From contig NC_086108.1 of assembly GCF_963921235.1 (NCBI RefSeq), forward strand, positions 27,344,001-27,408,000: 64,000 nucleotides of DNA. The letters are read 5' to 3'. The position numbers and the translations under genes are program-made. Shown here in pieces: positions 35,407 to 48,617 of the stretch; within the stretch, counting starts at the first letter, position 1, and every line of letters starts with the position of its first letter. Source of the DNA: Mobula hypostoma (taxonomy: Eukaryota). The notes below the pieces were generated by a model, which was not told the DNA's origin, did no database searches, and saw only the letters and a list, made by a program, of their open reading frames with translations.

Positions 35407-36359
35407 TAAATTGTAAATTGCAAGCAATAATTTGAAGTTACAGTACTTGTCAAACATGTTTCAGTTTACAGTGAAGAGGGAGGGAACAAAAGGAGATTAT
35501 AAGGTCCCCTTGTCCTTCCCCATCTCTGTCACTTAAAATGTTTGATTTTTAACTCCTAAAGAAAGCTTATTGAGCCAAAACTTTGTTCCTCACTCCATAC
35601 ATGCTACCTGACCCGCTAGGTATTTACAGCATTTACTGTTTTTATTTAATCTTCTTGGCATCTCCATTTATTATTTTGCTGAGGAAGCATTTTTGACTGT
35701 TGTGGCAACTGGTTCTCATCTGAACTGAAGCTTCGTGCAATGTTGCAAAGGGACATTCCAATGTGGTAATAGCTAATTATGTTACACAGCTTCTTAAAGT
35801 AATAGTGACCTTTGCATTCTTTTTGCTTGGATTATAAATCTAAAACAACCAATATCAGTGAAGAACTGTTATGATATCTGCAGATGCTGCTGACAATGTT
35901 CAGTCCAAATTCTTTGGAACTCGATAGCATAGCAGAACTCTGCTAATCCAGCTTTTGATTGTTTGGGAGTCCTGGTGGCTCAGCATTAATTTGGACTATA
36001 AACCCAGGATCTAGAGTGCAAGTGAAGTCTGTGTCCAAAGCCGGGCAGTCTGTAGTGTAGGGCTGATAGCAAGATGGTGGGCCAGATGTATGAGGCCAAA
36101 GCAGGGTCTGGGTTTGCAACAGGAGACAGGACCCAGAGTACTTGTTTATTTCCCCCTCCCCTAATACCACCAAGTTCACAGGGACAGTTATTAAAGTGTG
36201 AGTTCTGTTTAAATAAATGCATGTTGGGGTATTGATGGAAATAACATCCAATATCAGGAAAATCTGCTAATTGGGCACTTCTAAAGTCCCGAGAGAGTTG
36301 TATTGTTGAAGTTTTCCTACCTCCATGGATAAATAGATGTTGAAATAGCCAACAGAGTC

Positions 36360-36625
36360 ACTGGTACCCAGCACCAGAGACCTGGGTTCAATAGAACAGG
36401 CACATTTTCCCATGACTGCATGGATTTCCATCTGGTGCTCCAGACTCCTTTCACATCCCAAGAGGGTGCAGCTTTGTAGTTTAATTAGCCTCCGTAAATT
36501 TCCCTTGTGTGTAGGCAGATGCTTGAATCTTGGTGGGAGTTGATCAGAATGTGGGGAAAATAGAAATGGGATGGGTGTTTGATGGCCCAAAAGGCCTGCT
36601 TCTCTGTATATTACTCTGTGAACCT
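36360..36625 (+). mobile_element. V-SINE/HE1-like SINE
   Basis: B-box-like GACCTGGGTTCAAT, V-domain-like CCCATGACTGCATGGATTTCCATCTGGTGCTCC and a CR1-like tail. Confidence 0.6.
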
Positions 36626-36650
36626 ATGCATTTGAATTTTAGATCACTAG

Positions 36651-38608
36651 GAAACAGGAAGTAAATAAGGTGCTTGAGGAGTACAAGAAGTGCAAGAAAA
36701 TACTTAAGAAAGAAATCAGGAGGGCTAAAAGAAGACATGAGGTTGCCTTGGCAGTCGAAGTGAAGGATAATGCAAAGAGCTTTTACAGGTATATTAAGAG
36801 CAAAAGGATTGTAAGGGATAAAATTGGTCTTCTTGAAGATCAGAGTGGTTGGCTATGTGCGGAACCAAAGGAAATGCGGGGGGGATCTTAAATAGGTTTT
36901 TTGCATCTGTATTTACTAAAGAAACTGGCATGAAGTCTATGGAATTAAGGGAAACAAGTAGTGAGATCATGGAAACTGTACAGAATGAAAAGGAGGAGGT
37001 GCTTGCTGTCTTGAGGAAAATTAAAGTGGATAAATCCCCGGGACCCGACAGTGTGTTCCCTCGGACCTTGAAGGAGACTAGTGTTGAAATTGCAGGGGCC
37101 CTGGCAGAAATATTTAAAATGTCTCTGTCTACAGGTGAGGTGCCGCAGGATTGGAGAATGGCTCATGTTGTTCCATTGTTTAAAAAAGGATCGAAAAGTA
37201 ATCCAGGAAATTATAGGCCGGTAAATTTAACATCGGTAGTAGGTAAGTTATTGGAGGGAGTACTAAGAGACAGAATCTACAAGCATTTGGATAGACAGGG
37301 ACTTATTAGGGAGAGTCAACATAGCTTTGTGCATGGTAGGTCATGTTTGACCAATCTATTGGAGTTTTTCGAGGAGGTTACCAGGAAAGTGGATGAAGGG
37401 AAGGCAGTGAATATTGTCTACATGGACTTCAGTAAGGCCTTTGACAAGGTCCCGCATGGGAGGTTAGTTAGGAAAATTCATTCGCTAGGTATGCATGGAG
37501 AGGTGGTAAATTGGATTAGATATTGGCTCAATGGAAGAAGCCAAAGAGTGGTAGTAGAGAATTGCTTCTCCGAGTGGAGGCCTGTGACTAGTGGTGTGCC
37601 ACAGGGATCAGTGTTGGGTCCATTGTTATTTGTCATCTATATCAATGATCTGGATGATAATGTGGTAAATTGGATCAGCAAATTTGCTGATGATACAAAG
37701 ATTGAAGGCTTAGTAGACAGTGAGGAAGGTTTTCAGAGCCTTCAGAGGGACTTGGACCAGCTGGAAAAATAGGCTGAAAAATGGCAGATGGAGTTTAATA
37801 CAGACAAGTGTGAGGTATTGCACGTTGGAAGGACAAACCAAGGTAGAACATACAGGGTTAATGGTAAGGCACTGAGGAGTGCAGTAGAACAGAGGGATTT
37901 GGGAATACAGATACAAAATTCCCTAAAAGTGGCATCACAGGTAGATTGGGTTGTAAAGAGAGCTTTTGGTACATTGGCCTTTATAAATCAAAGTGTTGGG
38001 TATAAGAGCTGGAATGTTATGATGAGGTTGTATAAGGCATTGGTGAGGCCGAATCTGGAGTATTGTGTTCAGTTTTGGTCATCAAATTAGAGGAAGGATA
38101 TAAATAAGGTTGAAAGAGTGCAGAGAAGGTTTACAAGGATGTTGCTGGGACTTGAGAAACTCAGTTACAGAGAAAGGTTGAATAGGTTAGGACTTTATTC
38201 CCTAGAGTGTAGAAGAATGAGGGGAGATTTGATAGAGGTATATAAAATTATGATGGGTATAGATAGAGTGAATGCAAGCAGACTTTTTCCACTGAGGCAA
38301 GGGGAGAAAAAAAACAGAGGACATGGGTTAAGGGTGAGGGGGGAAAAGTTTAAAGGGAACATTGGGGGGGGCTTCTTCACACAGAGAATGGTGGGAGTAT
38401 GGAATGAGCTGCCAGACGAGGTGGTAAATGCGGGTTCTTTTCTAACATTTAAGAATAAATTAGACAGATACATGGATGGGAGGTGTATGGAGGGATATGG
38501 TCCGTGTGCAGGTCAGTGGGACTAGGCAGAAAATGGTTCGGCACAGCCAAGAAGATCCAAAAGGCCTGTTTCTGTGCTGTAGTTTTTCTATGGTTTCTAT
38601 GGTTTCTA
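36651..38608 (+). mobile_element. 5'-truncated CR1 LINE (RT region), disrupted
   Basis: ORFs 36670-38525 carry [45 protein letters not shown] and RPNLEYCVQFW. (TTTCTATGG)n tail. Confidence 0.93.
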
Positions 38609-38679
38609 GTATTTTCATGTCTGTGACATAACCTTACATGCTATTTGCATGTTACGTTTTACAAGTTAATATATTAAGC

Positions 38680-39125
38680 CATAAGTCCATAAGACATGGA
38701 AGTAGAATTAAGCCGTTTGGTCCACCAAGTCTGCTCTAACGTTCAATCAAAGCTGGATTTATTTTTCCCTCTCAGCTCCATTCCTTTGCTTTCTCCCCAT
38801 AACCTTTGACATCCTTACTAAGCAAAACCCTATCAACCTCCTCTTTAAATATACCCAATGACATAACCACTACAACCATCAGTGCCAATTAGTTCCACAG
38901 CTTCATCACATTCTGGCTAAAGAAATTCATCCTCATCTCTGTTTTAAAGAATCATCCTTCTATTCTGAGGCTGCACCTTCTGGTCCTAGGCTCTTCCACT
39001 ACAGGAAGCATCCTTTCCACATCTACTGTATCTCCATCTCTCTCAATATTCAGTCATTTTCATAGAAATCCACCCCACAGCACTCATTCTTTTAAACTCC
39101 AGTGAGTACAGGCCCAGAGCCATTG
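38680..39125 (-). mobile_element. Old CR1 3' fragment
   Basis: ccataagacatggaagtagaattaagccg tail with a degenerate 3' ORF2 sequence. Confidence 0.6.
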
Positions 39126-39159
39126 GAGCTACATAAAACTTATAGAAAAAATATAAGGT

Positions 39160-39350
39160 ATGGCAAAATAACAGTTAACGCATTGCTTTATGGTGCCAGT
39201 GACCTGGGTTAATTTCCTACCGTTGTTTATAAGGAGATTATACGTTCTCCCATGATGCTTGAGTATCCTCCCACATTCCTAATTTGTACAGATTAATCAA
39301 TTTGTTGGTCACAGATATGACTGGGCAGTGTAGGCTGGAAGAGCCCGACA
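39160..39350 (+). mobile_element. Degenerate V-SINE/HE1-like SINE
   Basis: GCCAGTGACCTGGGTTAATTTCC...TAAGGAGATTATACGTTCTCCC...CCTCCCACATTCC. Confidence 0.55.
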
Positions 39351-41959
39351 CTAAAAAGATGCATTCATAGGGTTCACCAACATTCAAGGTTATTTATTGA
39401 AGATTCTCATGCTTCATAAAGTTCATATATTGAATATGACTGACAACAGAAACTCAGACTGGAGAGCTATTACAATACTTGCACAGCTCTTTTTAAATGT
39501 TCCTGTAGTTCTATGGTTTACCCGCCAGTCATGACACCATTGTGGTGCAATTACTCATTCAACAACAATTCTTAATCTCCCTTTCTATTGCCTGAAATTT
39601 GCAAATGCAGAAATTAGTGTGTTGCATTCCTCAAGAAATTGTGTCTTTGCTCGGCTTAAATCAAGAAAAATCAATGAGAATAAAAGCCCTCAGTTTACAA
39701 GGCTGCTGATCATCAATAAAATAATATACAAAAAGTCTGTGTTCAGTTTCTTGGCTTCACTGTTTCAGAATCTGCAATTATATTGACTGGGCTTAAACCC
39801 AGGATACAATTAATGATGGCGTGAAACTCGAGAAAATTGAGTGTGAAGGTAGAAAATGGTTGTGAAATAGCTTGCGAAGCCTTTGAGAAGATTGTTTACT
39901 GTTAGGTAATCACGGCAACATTCAGGGATTAAAACTATCTGCAAAGTTTTAATGAGTGAGTAATATGTTGGAATGGGAGAGGGTTGTGAGGCAGGTGCTG
40001 AATGCTTTGAAAATCCAGAACTGAAATCTGTATGGTGACTTATTAAATCAAAGCCAGCTACGATATGTAGATACACAGTTAGTAAGGCTGCAGGGCTTTC
40101 TATTCCCGGAAGCTTTCTACCAAGCAGGGAGCAGAGCTCATTACTTCTGCTATCAGTAAGGAACAGTCTGGAGGAATTGTCAGATCTTTGACATTAAATG
40201 TGCCAGTAAGAGAGGTTGTTCGAAACATTATCCAGTCTTTTTATTAATCTACAGAAAGCATTCTGTGCATTTAAAGAAAAGACTGTGAGAAACAGCACAG
40301 GAGATTAGGCTGCATGCTGTTTATTAGACAGGAAGAGGAGTTATATAGAGAATGTGTCCACAAATAACCACCTCAAGGAAGTGCAGCTCTCCAAGAGCTG
40401 GGTGGGGATGCTGCAATTTAAGATTACAAGAACTGCACAGTTAGGCTACAGGACAAATATGGAATTAAAGCACCAGCAATGGCTTAGCTCATCATTCAGT
40501 CACTGCCTCTTACAACCTGTGCCATCAAATTATAGCAAAGGAGGATAAAGCACGAATTTGATGGAGACACACTGTGCAACTATAACCTTGGAAAGCTGTA
40601 AAGATAAGCTGCTTGTGGTCGCTTAGGTTATCAAATCATAATTGATTGTACGTCAGGCAAGGTACTAATATGCAACCAGCACCTGTAACTTGAGGGAGTG
40701 GAAGGATCCAAATAAGCAGTCAGTGAAAAGGAAATCGAACCCTCTTTCCGTTCTACCACATTACTCCCTCATTAAAACTGCAAATTCTTTTAATCCTTGA
40801 ATGTTGCTGTTATTATTTAACAGTAAACAATCCTCTCCAAAATTTTGCAAGCTATTTCACAACCATTTTCTACCTTTGCACTCATTTACGTCAAGTTTCA
40901 CTCTGTAATTAATGATATTATTGAAAAACTGTCTACAAAAGGCAAAAGGAAGTTTGTTTAGAGTATTGACATTTATTGATGCAAATTGTCTCCATGCTGT
41001 CAACCAGCTTTCAGTTCACTATCAAGGAACAGCTCTTCCTTGAGCTCTCACCATCTGACCACTTTCCTCTCCTCTCACCTCTACCCTGCCACCTCCACAT
41101 TCTATCTGATTAGACCTTGTCCAGCATTGACAGTGGCTGGTGATTACTGTGTATAGATAAGACATATTCTTTCTTCACTCAGCTAGCCCCACAGATAGAG
41201 CATCACAAGCAAATCACTTTTTCCTGCCAAGGTTGTAGGAAACTATAATAATTTCCTCAGTCTTCCCAGCTTTCCTCACTAACTAGTGCCTCTGGAAATT
41301 CTGCATTCCTGGAAATATTGATCTGCAGTACTCCTCTTCAGAACGGTGGTGATGTGAAAAAAATTATACCAGTTGACATTAAGCAGTTGGGCACTGGCTC
41401 CCTATGGCCCACTTAGCTCTCTTTACTCCAGTAGTAGTTTGTAAGGACAGAGATATAACAGACATTTTCTGAGCTGCTGTTATACATGAACCTTCTTCTC
41501 TATGCCAGGTTTGGTCTGCACCTAAATGAAGCTGGTTCAAAATTTTCTCTTAAACCCAAGCAATACCACATTACTGTGAACTAGACACCCGGATGGTCTG
41601 AGGTTTTGAAATGTAAGTGCAGTGAAATAAATTGGCTCTGGTGACAAAATTCTCACAGCAATTACTCATAATTGGAAATGCATGTCAGTAATGCTGCTAG
41701 CCAAACTTCATGCAGCACTGCAGAGTGGACCCTATGTGGATACAGTTAATAATCCATAGTCAGAATATGGACATGCAATATGATATCAAGATTGATAGAA
41801 TCCAGAGAGACACGAGAGACTGCTAATGCCAAAGTCTGAGCAACAATCTGCTGGAGGAACTCGGTGGGTTGAGCAGTATCTGTGGGAGGAAAGGAATTGT
41901 TGACATGGTTGTGTTGATTTGGATGATTGCTGTGATAGTTTAGGATTATTTTATCCTAA

Positions 41960-42885
41960 GGTTGCACATACAGATCAGATCCTAAGCTATCACAGCAACC
42001 ACCCAAATGCACACAAGAAGAGCTGTATCAAAACTTTGTTCCAAGGAGCAGAGACACACTGATGCATGGCAGAACTAAAGGATAAAGAGAAGCATCTCTT
42101 TAAAGTACATGCATGAAACGGATACCCACGTAACTTCATATGAAGATGCCGATCAGGGTGATAACGCAACAACCAAGAAGCTACCAAACAAGTTGTCCTT
42201 CCATAAATACGAATTACCTCAGAAATGACAGCCTGACTGCTCCAAGAACATAGAATTTCGTAAACCAACAGGAGGGTTGAGAAGAGTACTCTGCAGACCC
42301 ATAGAATGAACCAAGCTAATGGAAGAGACTGATGTGGTCTACAAAATCCAATGTGGGAACTGCAGTGAATTTTACGTTGGCCAAACCGGGAGAAAACTCT
42401 CCATAAGGATCCATGAACACCAACTGGCTGTAAAGTGCCATGAACAACTCTCCTAGTCTCTACCCATGAAGATCGAGGGGGCAGAAATTAGACTGGGCAT
42501 CAGAGAAAGTCATGGTGTAAGAGACCACACAGCATGCAAGAGAATTCCTAGAAGCGTGGTTCTCTGCAAACAGACATGGAGACCTCGATCTTATTTATGA
42601 GCCAATGCAGGCAAAATTCCAGACCACAATGCAAAGAGTTTGCACGCAACGAACCAATGATGAGATCTCCTCCCAACATCACAATTAAGTTTCCATAATG
42701 ATAACTGATCAGCTGATTGATATGCATATAAAGACCAAGCATTCAGAGAACACACCACAAATTTACAGCACACAGATGATGTCACCTCATATGCTGACCA
42801 AATGTTTGCAAATTAATTGCCAACATCACAGAACAACTCAATCCAGCCATCAACCACCTGAGCTACGCATTTTCTGAATTATTTC
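41960..42885 (+). mobile_element. Degenerate PLE of a second lineage (Poseidon-like)
   Basis: HTDQILSYHSNHPNAHK, NGYPRNFI, GIY-YIG VVYKIQCGNCSEFYVGQTGRKLSIRIHEH and REFLEAWFS; 3' hammerhead relic. Confidence 0.8.
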
Positions 42886-43035
42886 CAATTGTTGACACTT
42901 TAGAATCATGCAGGAGTTTGAACTAAATGTCAATTGCCTTCCTCTGTGCTGCCATTTGACTAGTTGAGATCCTCCTGCAGATTGTCTGAAGACAGAAGCC
43001 AGGGAAAATTGAGTATGATGCGTACTAAGGGATCT

Positions 43036-44348
43036 TGTGAGGATCAAAACCAATATTGCCAGGAGTCAAAGGAGATTGTGAGAGAGTGAAACTAGTACAG
43101 CTGTTAACTAAGTATCTGAGTGTGAGTGTTTACAAGCAAGGCCAATGGAAGCCTAGGGAAAAACCAAAGGAGCTCAGACATAAGGAGACAGCAGAGGGCA
43201 CTTCTGTGAAGCTGTGGAAAACGTGAGAGGGAGAGACCAGTGACAGGAATCTTACAAATCCAAGAATATGTGGAGACGGAGGGCTGCTGTGTCAGTGGAA
43301 ATTGGGGGCAGTCAGAGAGAGAGGGACCCTTGTAGGTTTGGAGTGAGCTGATATAAGCAAATAATATAATTAATGATAATATTGATTTTCAAAAATAATG
43401 CATGCCTCACTTTGTCTAGTTTGACACCCAAATCCCTAAATTGAATTTAGCAGCATAAATATATCAGTGCTGTTTCTCCTATTGAGTAATCTATAGATTA
43501 AGTTGATGGTGTTGCCAGCAGGAGGAATCCAACAATCTTCAGAATCAAATCAATAAACTAATGGTGATCACCACCAATAGGTGAAGGAGAGGGAGTGGGA
43601 GCCAGTGGTTTGCCAATAAACACATACCTATCACTTATAGGTCATATATTTAATGCTCATATATTTATTAATAGATTTGTTTAGGAGTTTAAGGAGTTTC
43701 AGCTTATTATTGAACACTCTAACAACTTATTCAGATGTACTGTTTGTAAGCAAAGTTTCCCTCTTGGTATATACTAAAATGCATAAAGCAAAATGGAAGC
43801 TTGTAAGACAAAATAATGTTAGCCTGGGATGCGGGGGCATTTGAGAAGGGGAATCAGTCCATGGCAATGTTTTGAGAACTTAGTGTGAGTACCATCCTAC
43901 AGCCTTGAGAGTAGAAAATGGTAAAAAACATATTTGACTGGAAAGTATTAAAGGACCTTAAGGGTATAAAATAGGCAATTTCACTGTGCAAGGAGGAATC
44001 TTTTCTTAGTTTGGGTTGTGACTAGTGCTAAGAGCTGGAAAGAGAGGAGAGAGCTACAGGTAAAGCTGTCAGACACTTGCAATTCTGTCTGGCAGTATAT
44101 TGCGTGGAGTGCCTTAGTGGCTGGTTATTAAGTATAATTTTGTCTCTTTTATTGCATATTAACTATTTTACTTTCTTTCTGTATTTCATTATTTATATAA
44201 CTGTGATAAAATAAGTTCCTATAACACTTTATATGTGTACAGTTCCTCCTTTGTCTACAGATACATCTTGCTGTGGAATCAGAAAAGAACCAGAAATTAA
44301 TTTTTAAATATTTTCATTACAGTGTTGAAAGTATCTTGACTCGTCACA
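43036..44348. mobile_element. Possible solo LTR (about 1.3 kb)
   Basis: TGTGA...TCACA termini, TATAAAA near 43965 and an AT-rich U5-like end. No exact TSD. Confidence 0.35.
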
Positions 44349-45181
44349 TCATGGTCTTGTAAGCCAACTCAAATGTGCAGGAACCTGCAAAGAGTAGTGC
44401 ACACTGCCTAAAACTTCACAGGCACAATGCTCCACACCATCAAAGGTTCAAAGGTTCATTTGTTATCAAAGAATGTCTGCAGTATACAACTCTGAGATTC
44501 ATCTTCCCCAGGAGAGCCAGAACAAAGAAAACTATGGAAGTAATTCAAGGAAAAACATCAAACCCGCACCCCCACACAAAAAAGGATGGCAACACGATCA
44601 TCAAACCCAAAGCCCCCTCTCCCTACACAAAAAAACTGACAAATTATGCACAAAATCCCTCCCCTCACACAAAAAAAAATTAACAATATGGCAACAAGAA
44701 AGAATGGGCAAAAACACAGAATATAAAAGGCCTAAGACTGAAAAAGTCCACAGTCCTTTATCCAATCCAGAACTTTGCAGAACACAACTTTGCAGAACTT
44801 CAGTAATATTGTCTGACAGCATCGAGTAAGAGATACCTGCAAGAAGGCACTGCCTGAGGAAGGCAAAATCTATTATCAAAGATCCTCTCCATCTGGGCCA
44901 TGACGTAATTTCAGAGCTGCCGTGAAGTAGGAGGTACAAAAGCCTGAAGTTCTATGTCACCACGTTCAAGAAAAGCTACTTCCTTTCAGCTATTTGATTC
45001 TTGAAGCAACCAGCAAAACCCGAATCATCGCAGTTTAGCAACACTGTGACCACTTTGATCACTTTGTACTAAAATGGACTTTGTGTTCTTTGTCCTAATT
45101 GTTTTTCTTCCAGAAAAAAACCATGTATAATTTTTGTTTAATTTAGGGTTTTTTTGTGAATGCGGCTTATGTGATGCTCTG

Positions 45182-46335
45182 TCAGTATCAGAATCAGATT
45201 TAATATCACCAGCATATGTCGTGAAATTTACAACAGCAGTACAATGAATTCAAAGCCAAGATTGGACTCATAAGCCACATGAGAGCCCACAAGTAGATCA
45301 ACAGAACGAAGACCACCATCGTCGACGTCGAGGGATAGCCATGACGACGATGAAATACATGATAAATAAATATGGAGGAAACAATTATTTACGTTAAGTG
45401 TGTGTGTATATATATATATATCAGTTACATTCAAATAAGTAGTGCAAAAACAAGGAAATTAAAAAATGTATTGAGGTAGTGTTCAATGTCCATTTAGAAA
45501 TCGGATGGCGGAAGGGAAGAAGCTGTTTCTGAATCGCTGAGTGTGTGCCTTCAGGCTTCTGTACCTCCTTCCCAACAGTAACAGTGTGAAGAGGACATGT
45601 CCTGAGTGGTGGGCATCCTGATTGATAGAAGCTGCCTTCCTAAGGTCTTGGATACTACGGAGGCTAGAACCCATGATGGAGCTGACTAATTTTACAAGTT
45701 TCTGCAACTTATTTCGATCTCATTCAGTAGCTCCTCCCCACCCCCGACAAACCTAATCTGTGTGTTGCTCCTCAAACTCCCAATGAAATATAGCTACTGT
45801 CTTGCTTTCTTTATAGTTACATCAATACATTATGTCCATGTTAGGTCCTCAGAGGTATTGACACCCAGGAACTTGAAACTACTCACTCTCTCCAACTCTG
45901 ATCCTTCTATGAGGATTTGTGTTCCCTCATCTATCCTTTCCTGAAGTCCACAATCAGCTGTTTGGTCTTGCTGACGTTCAGTGCAAGGTTGTTGGTGCAA
46001 CACACTTAACTAACTGGTATATCTTGCTCCGGTATGCCCTTTTGTCACCATCTGAACTTCTGCCAACAATGGTTGTATCATCAGCAAATCAATAGATGGT
46101 ATTTGAGCTGTGCCTAGCCATACAGTCATGGATGTAGAGAGAGTAGAGCAGTGGGCTAAGCACACGTCCCCGTGAAGCACCAGTGTCGATCGTTAGTGAG
46201 ATGGAGATGCCATTTCCAATCCGCACAGATTTATTCCTCCAGTTAGGAAGTCAAGGATCCAGTTACAGAGGGAGGTACAGAGGACTGATGGAATGATTGT
46301 GTTAAATGCTGAGCTATAGTCAATAAATATTGTGC
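45182..46335 (-). mobile_element. Degenerate Rex1/Babar fragments
   Basis: [15 protein letters not shown] and RYRSLKAHTQRFRNSFFPSAIRFLN; (CTGATT)n-type tail. A plus-strand Rex1 3' piece also lies at about 44820-45010. Confidence 0.7.
45250..45353 (+). mobile_element. RTE-like LINE extreme 3' end
   Basis: KAKIGLISHMRAHK* (end of a C2H2-like finger), then a short UTR with palindromic TCGACGTCGA and a (TGA/CGA)n tail. Confidence 0.5.
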
Positions 46336-47070
46336 CTTTGTCTGTGACGTTGTTGCAAGTAAGTTTCTCATTGCACCTGTGCATATATGTACCTGTGCAG
46401 ACGACAACAAACTTCAGTTTGAGTGACTTTCACTTGACTTTCCTGCTGTAACTCCTTGCAGTAAATGGCAACAATGTAGGGAAGACATATTGCATTCAGA
46501 AGGGAGCATGCATTTTTTCAAACTGGTTGCTTTGATGGCTGAAACACTGTGGCCTGACTCTGGGATGAATAGGTGAAAGTTAGAAAATGATAGAGTCATA
46601 CAGTGTGAAAACTTCAGTCCATCCGGTCCATGCCAACCAAGGTGCCCATCCAAACTAGTTCCATTTGCTAGCATTTGGCCCATATCACTCTAAATCGGAG
46701 GTTCCCAAACTTATTCATTCCATGGATGAATACCATTAAACAGGGTCCCTGGACCCACATTTGGGAAATCCTGTTCTATCCCATCCATGTGCCACTCCAA
46801 TGATCTTTTAAAAAGTGTTATTATACCTACCTCATTCACTTCCTCTGGCAACTGTTCTGCATAGATACCACCATCTATGTAAACAAAGTAGTTGCACCTC
46901 AGCTTTCTATTATGCAGTGCCTATGAAAAGTATTCACTCCCCCTTGGAAGTTTTGATGTTTTATTGTTTTACAACATTGAATCACAGTGGATTTACTTTG
47001 GCCTTCTTGACTCTGATCAACAGAGAAAGACTCTTTCATGTCAAAGTGAAAACAGATATCTACCTAGTAA

Positions 47071-48617
47071 CACACATAATAGTTGTTGGTGAACGCAGCA
47101 GGCCAGGCAGCATCTCTAGGAAGAGGTGCAGTCAACATTTCAGGCCGAGACCCTTTGTCAGGACTAACTGAAGGAAGAGTGAGTAAGGGATTTGAAAGTT
47201 GGAGGGGGAGGGGGAGATCCAAAATGATAGGAGAAGACAGGAGGGGGAGGGATGGAGCCAAGAGCTGGACAGGTGATTGGCAAAAGGGATACGAAAGGAT
47301 CATGGGACAGGAGGTCCGGGAAGAAAGACAAGGAGGTGGGGGGGGTCCCAGAGGATGGGCAAGGGGTATATTCAGAGGGACAGAAGGAGAAAAAGGAGAG
47401 TGACAGAAAGAATGTGTGTATAAAAATAAGTAACAGATGGGGTACGAGGGGGAGGTGGGGCATTAGCGGAAGTTAGAGAAGTCGATGTTCATGCCATCAG
47501 GTTGGAGGCTACCCAGACAGAATATAAGGTGTTGTTCCTCCAACCTGAGTGTGGCTTCATCTTTACAGTAGATGAGGCATTGGATAGACATGTCAGAATG
47601 GGAATGGGATGTGGAATTAAAATGTGTGGCCACTGGGAGATCCTGCTTTCTCTGGCGGACAGAGCGTAGATGTTCAGCAAAGCGGTCTCCCAGTCTGCGT
47701 CGGTTCTCGCCGATATATAAAAGTCCACATCGGGAGCACCGGACACAGTATATCACCCCAGCCGACTCACAGGTGAAGTGTTACCTCACCTGGAAGGACT
47801 GTTTGGGGCCCTGAATGGTGGTAAGGGAGGAAGTGTAAGGGCATGTGTAGCACTTGTTCCGCTTACAAGGATAAGTGCCAGAAGGGAGATCAGTGGGGAG
47901 GGATGGGGGGGACGAATGGATAAGGGAGTTGTGTAGGGAGCGATCCCTACGGAATGCAGAGAGAGTGGGGGAGGGAAAGATGTGCTTAGTGGTGGGATCC
48001 CCTTGGAGCTGGCGGAAGTTACGGAGAATAATATGTTGGACCCGGAGGCTGGTGGGGTGGTAGGTGAGGACCAGGGGAACCCTATTCCTAGTGGGGTGGC
48101 GGGAGGATGGAGTGAGAGCAGATGTACGTGAAATGGGGGAGGTGCGTTTAAGAGCAGAGTTGATAGTGGAGGAAGGGAAGCCCCTTTCTTTAAAAATTGA
48201 AGACATCTCCCTCGTCCTAGAATGAAAAGCCTCATCCTGAGAGCAGATGCGGCAGAGACGGAGGAATTGTGAGAAGGGGATGGTGTTTTTGCAAGAGACA
48301 GGATGAGAAGAGGAATAGTTCAGATAGCTGTGAGAGTCAGTAGGCTAATAGTAGACATCAGTGGATAAGCTGTCTCCAGAGACAGAGACAGAAAGATCTA
48401 GAAAGGGGAGGGAGGTGTCAGAAATGGACCAGGTAAACTTGAGGGCAGGGTGAAAGTTGGAGGCAAAGTTAATAAAGTCAACGAGATCTGCATGCGTGCA
48501 GGAAGCAGCACCAATGCAGTGGTCGATGTAGCGAAGGAAAAGTGGGGGGCAGATACCAGAATAGGCACGGAACATAGATTGTTCCACAAAGCCAACAAAG
48601 AGGCAGGCATAGCTGGA
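47071..48617 (-). mobile_element. 5'-truncated PLE (Neptune type) inserted in the Tc1 TIR
   Basis: ORFs 48345-48587, 47781-48206 and 47463-47756 (RYIDH, CKRNKCYTC, IYCVRC...YIGE). TSD ACCTAGTAA at 47062-47070 and 48618-48626. Confidence 0.9.

Noticed and set aside
46696..46773. Tiny hAT-like MITE (GGTTCCCAAA...TTTGGGAAATCC)
   Set aside because: The inverted ends are degenerate and there is no convincing 8-bp TSD, so it is too weak to list.
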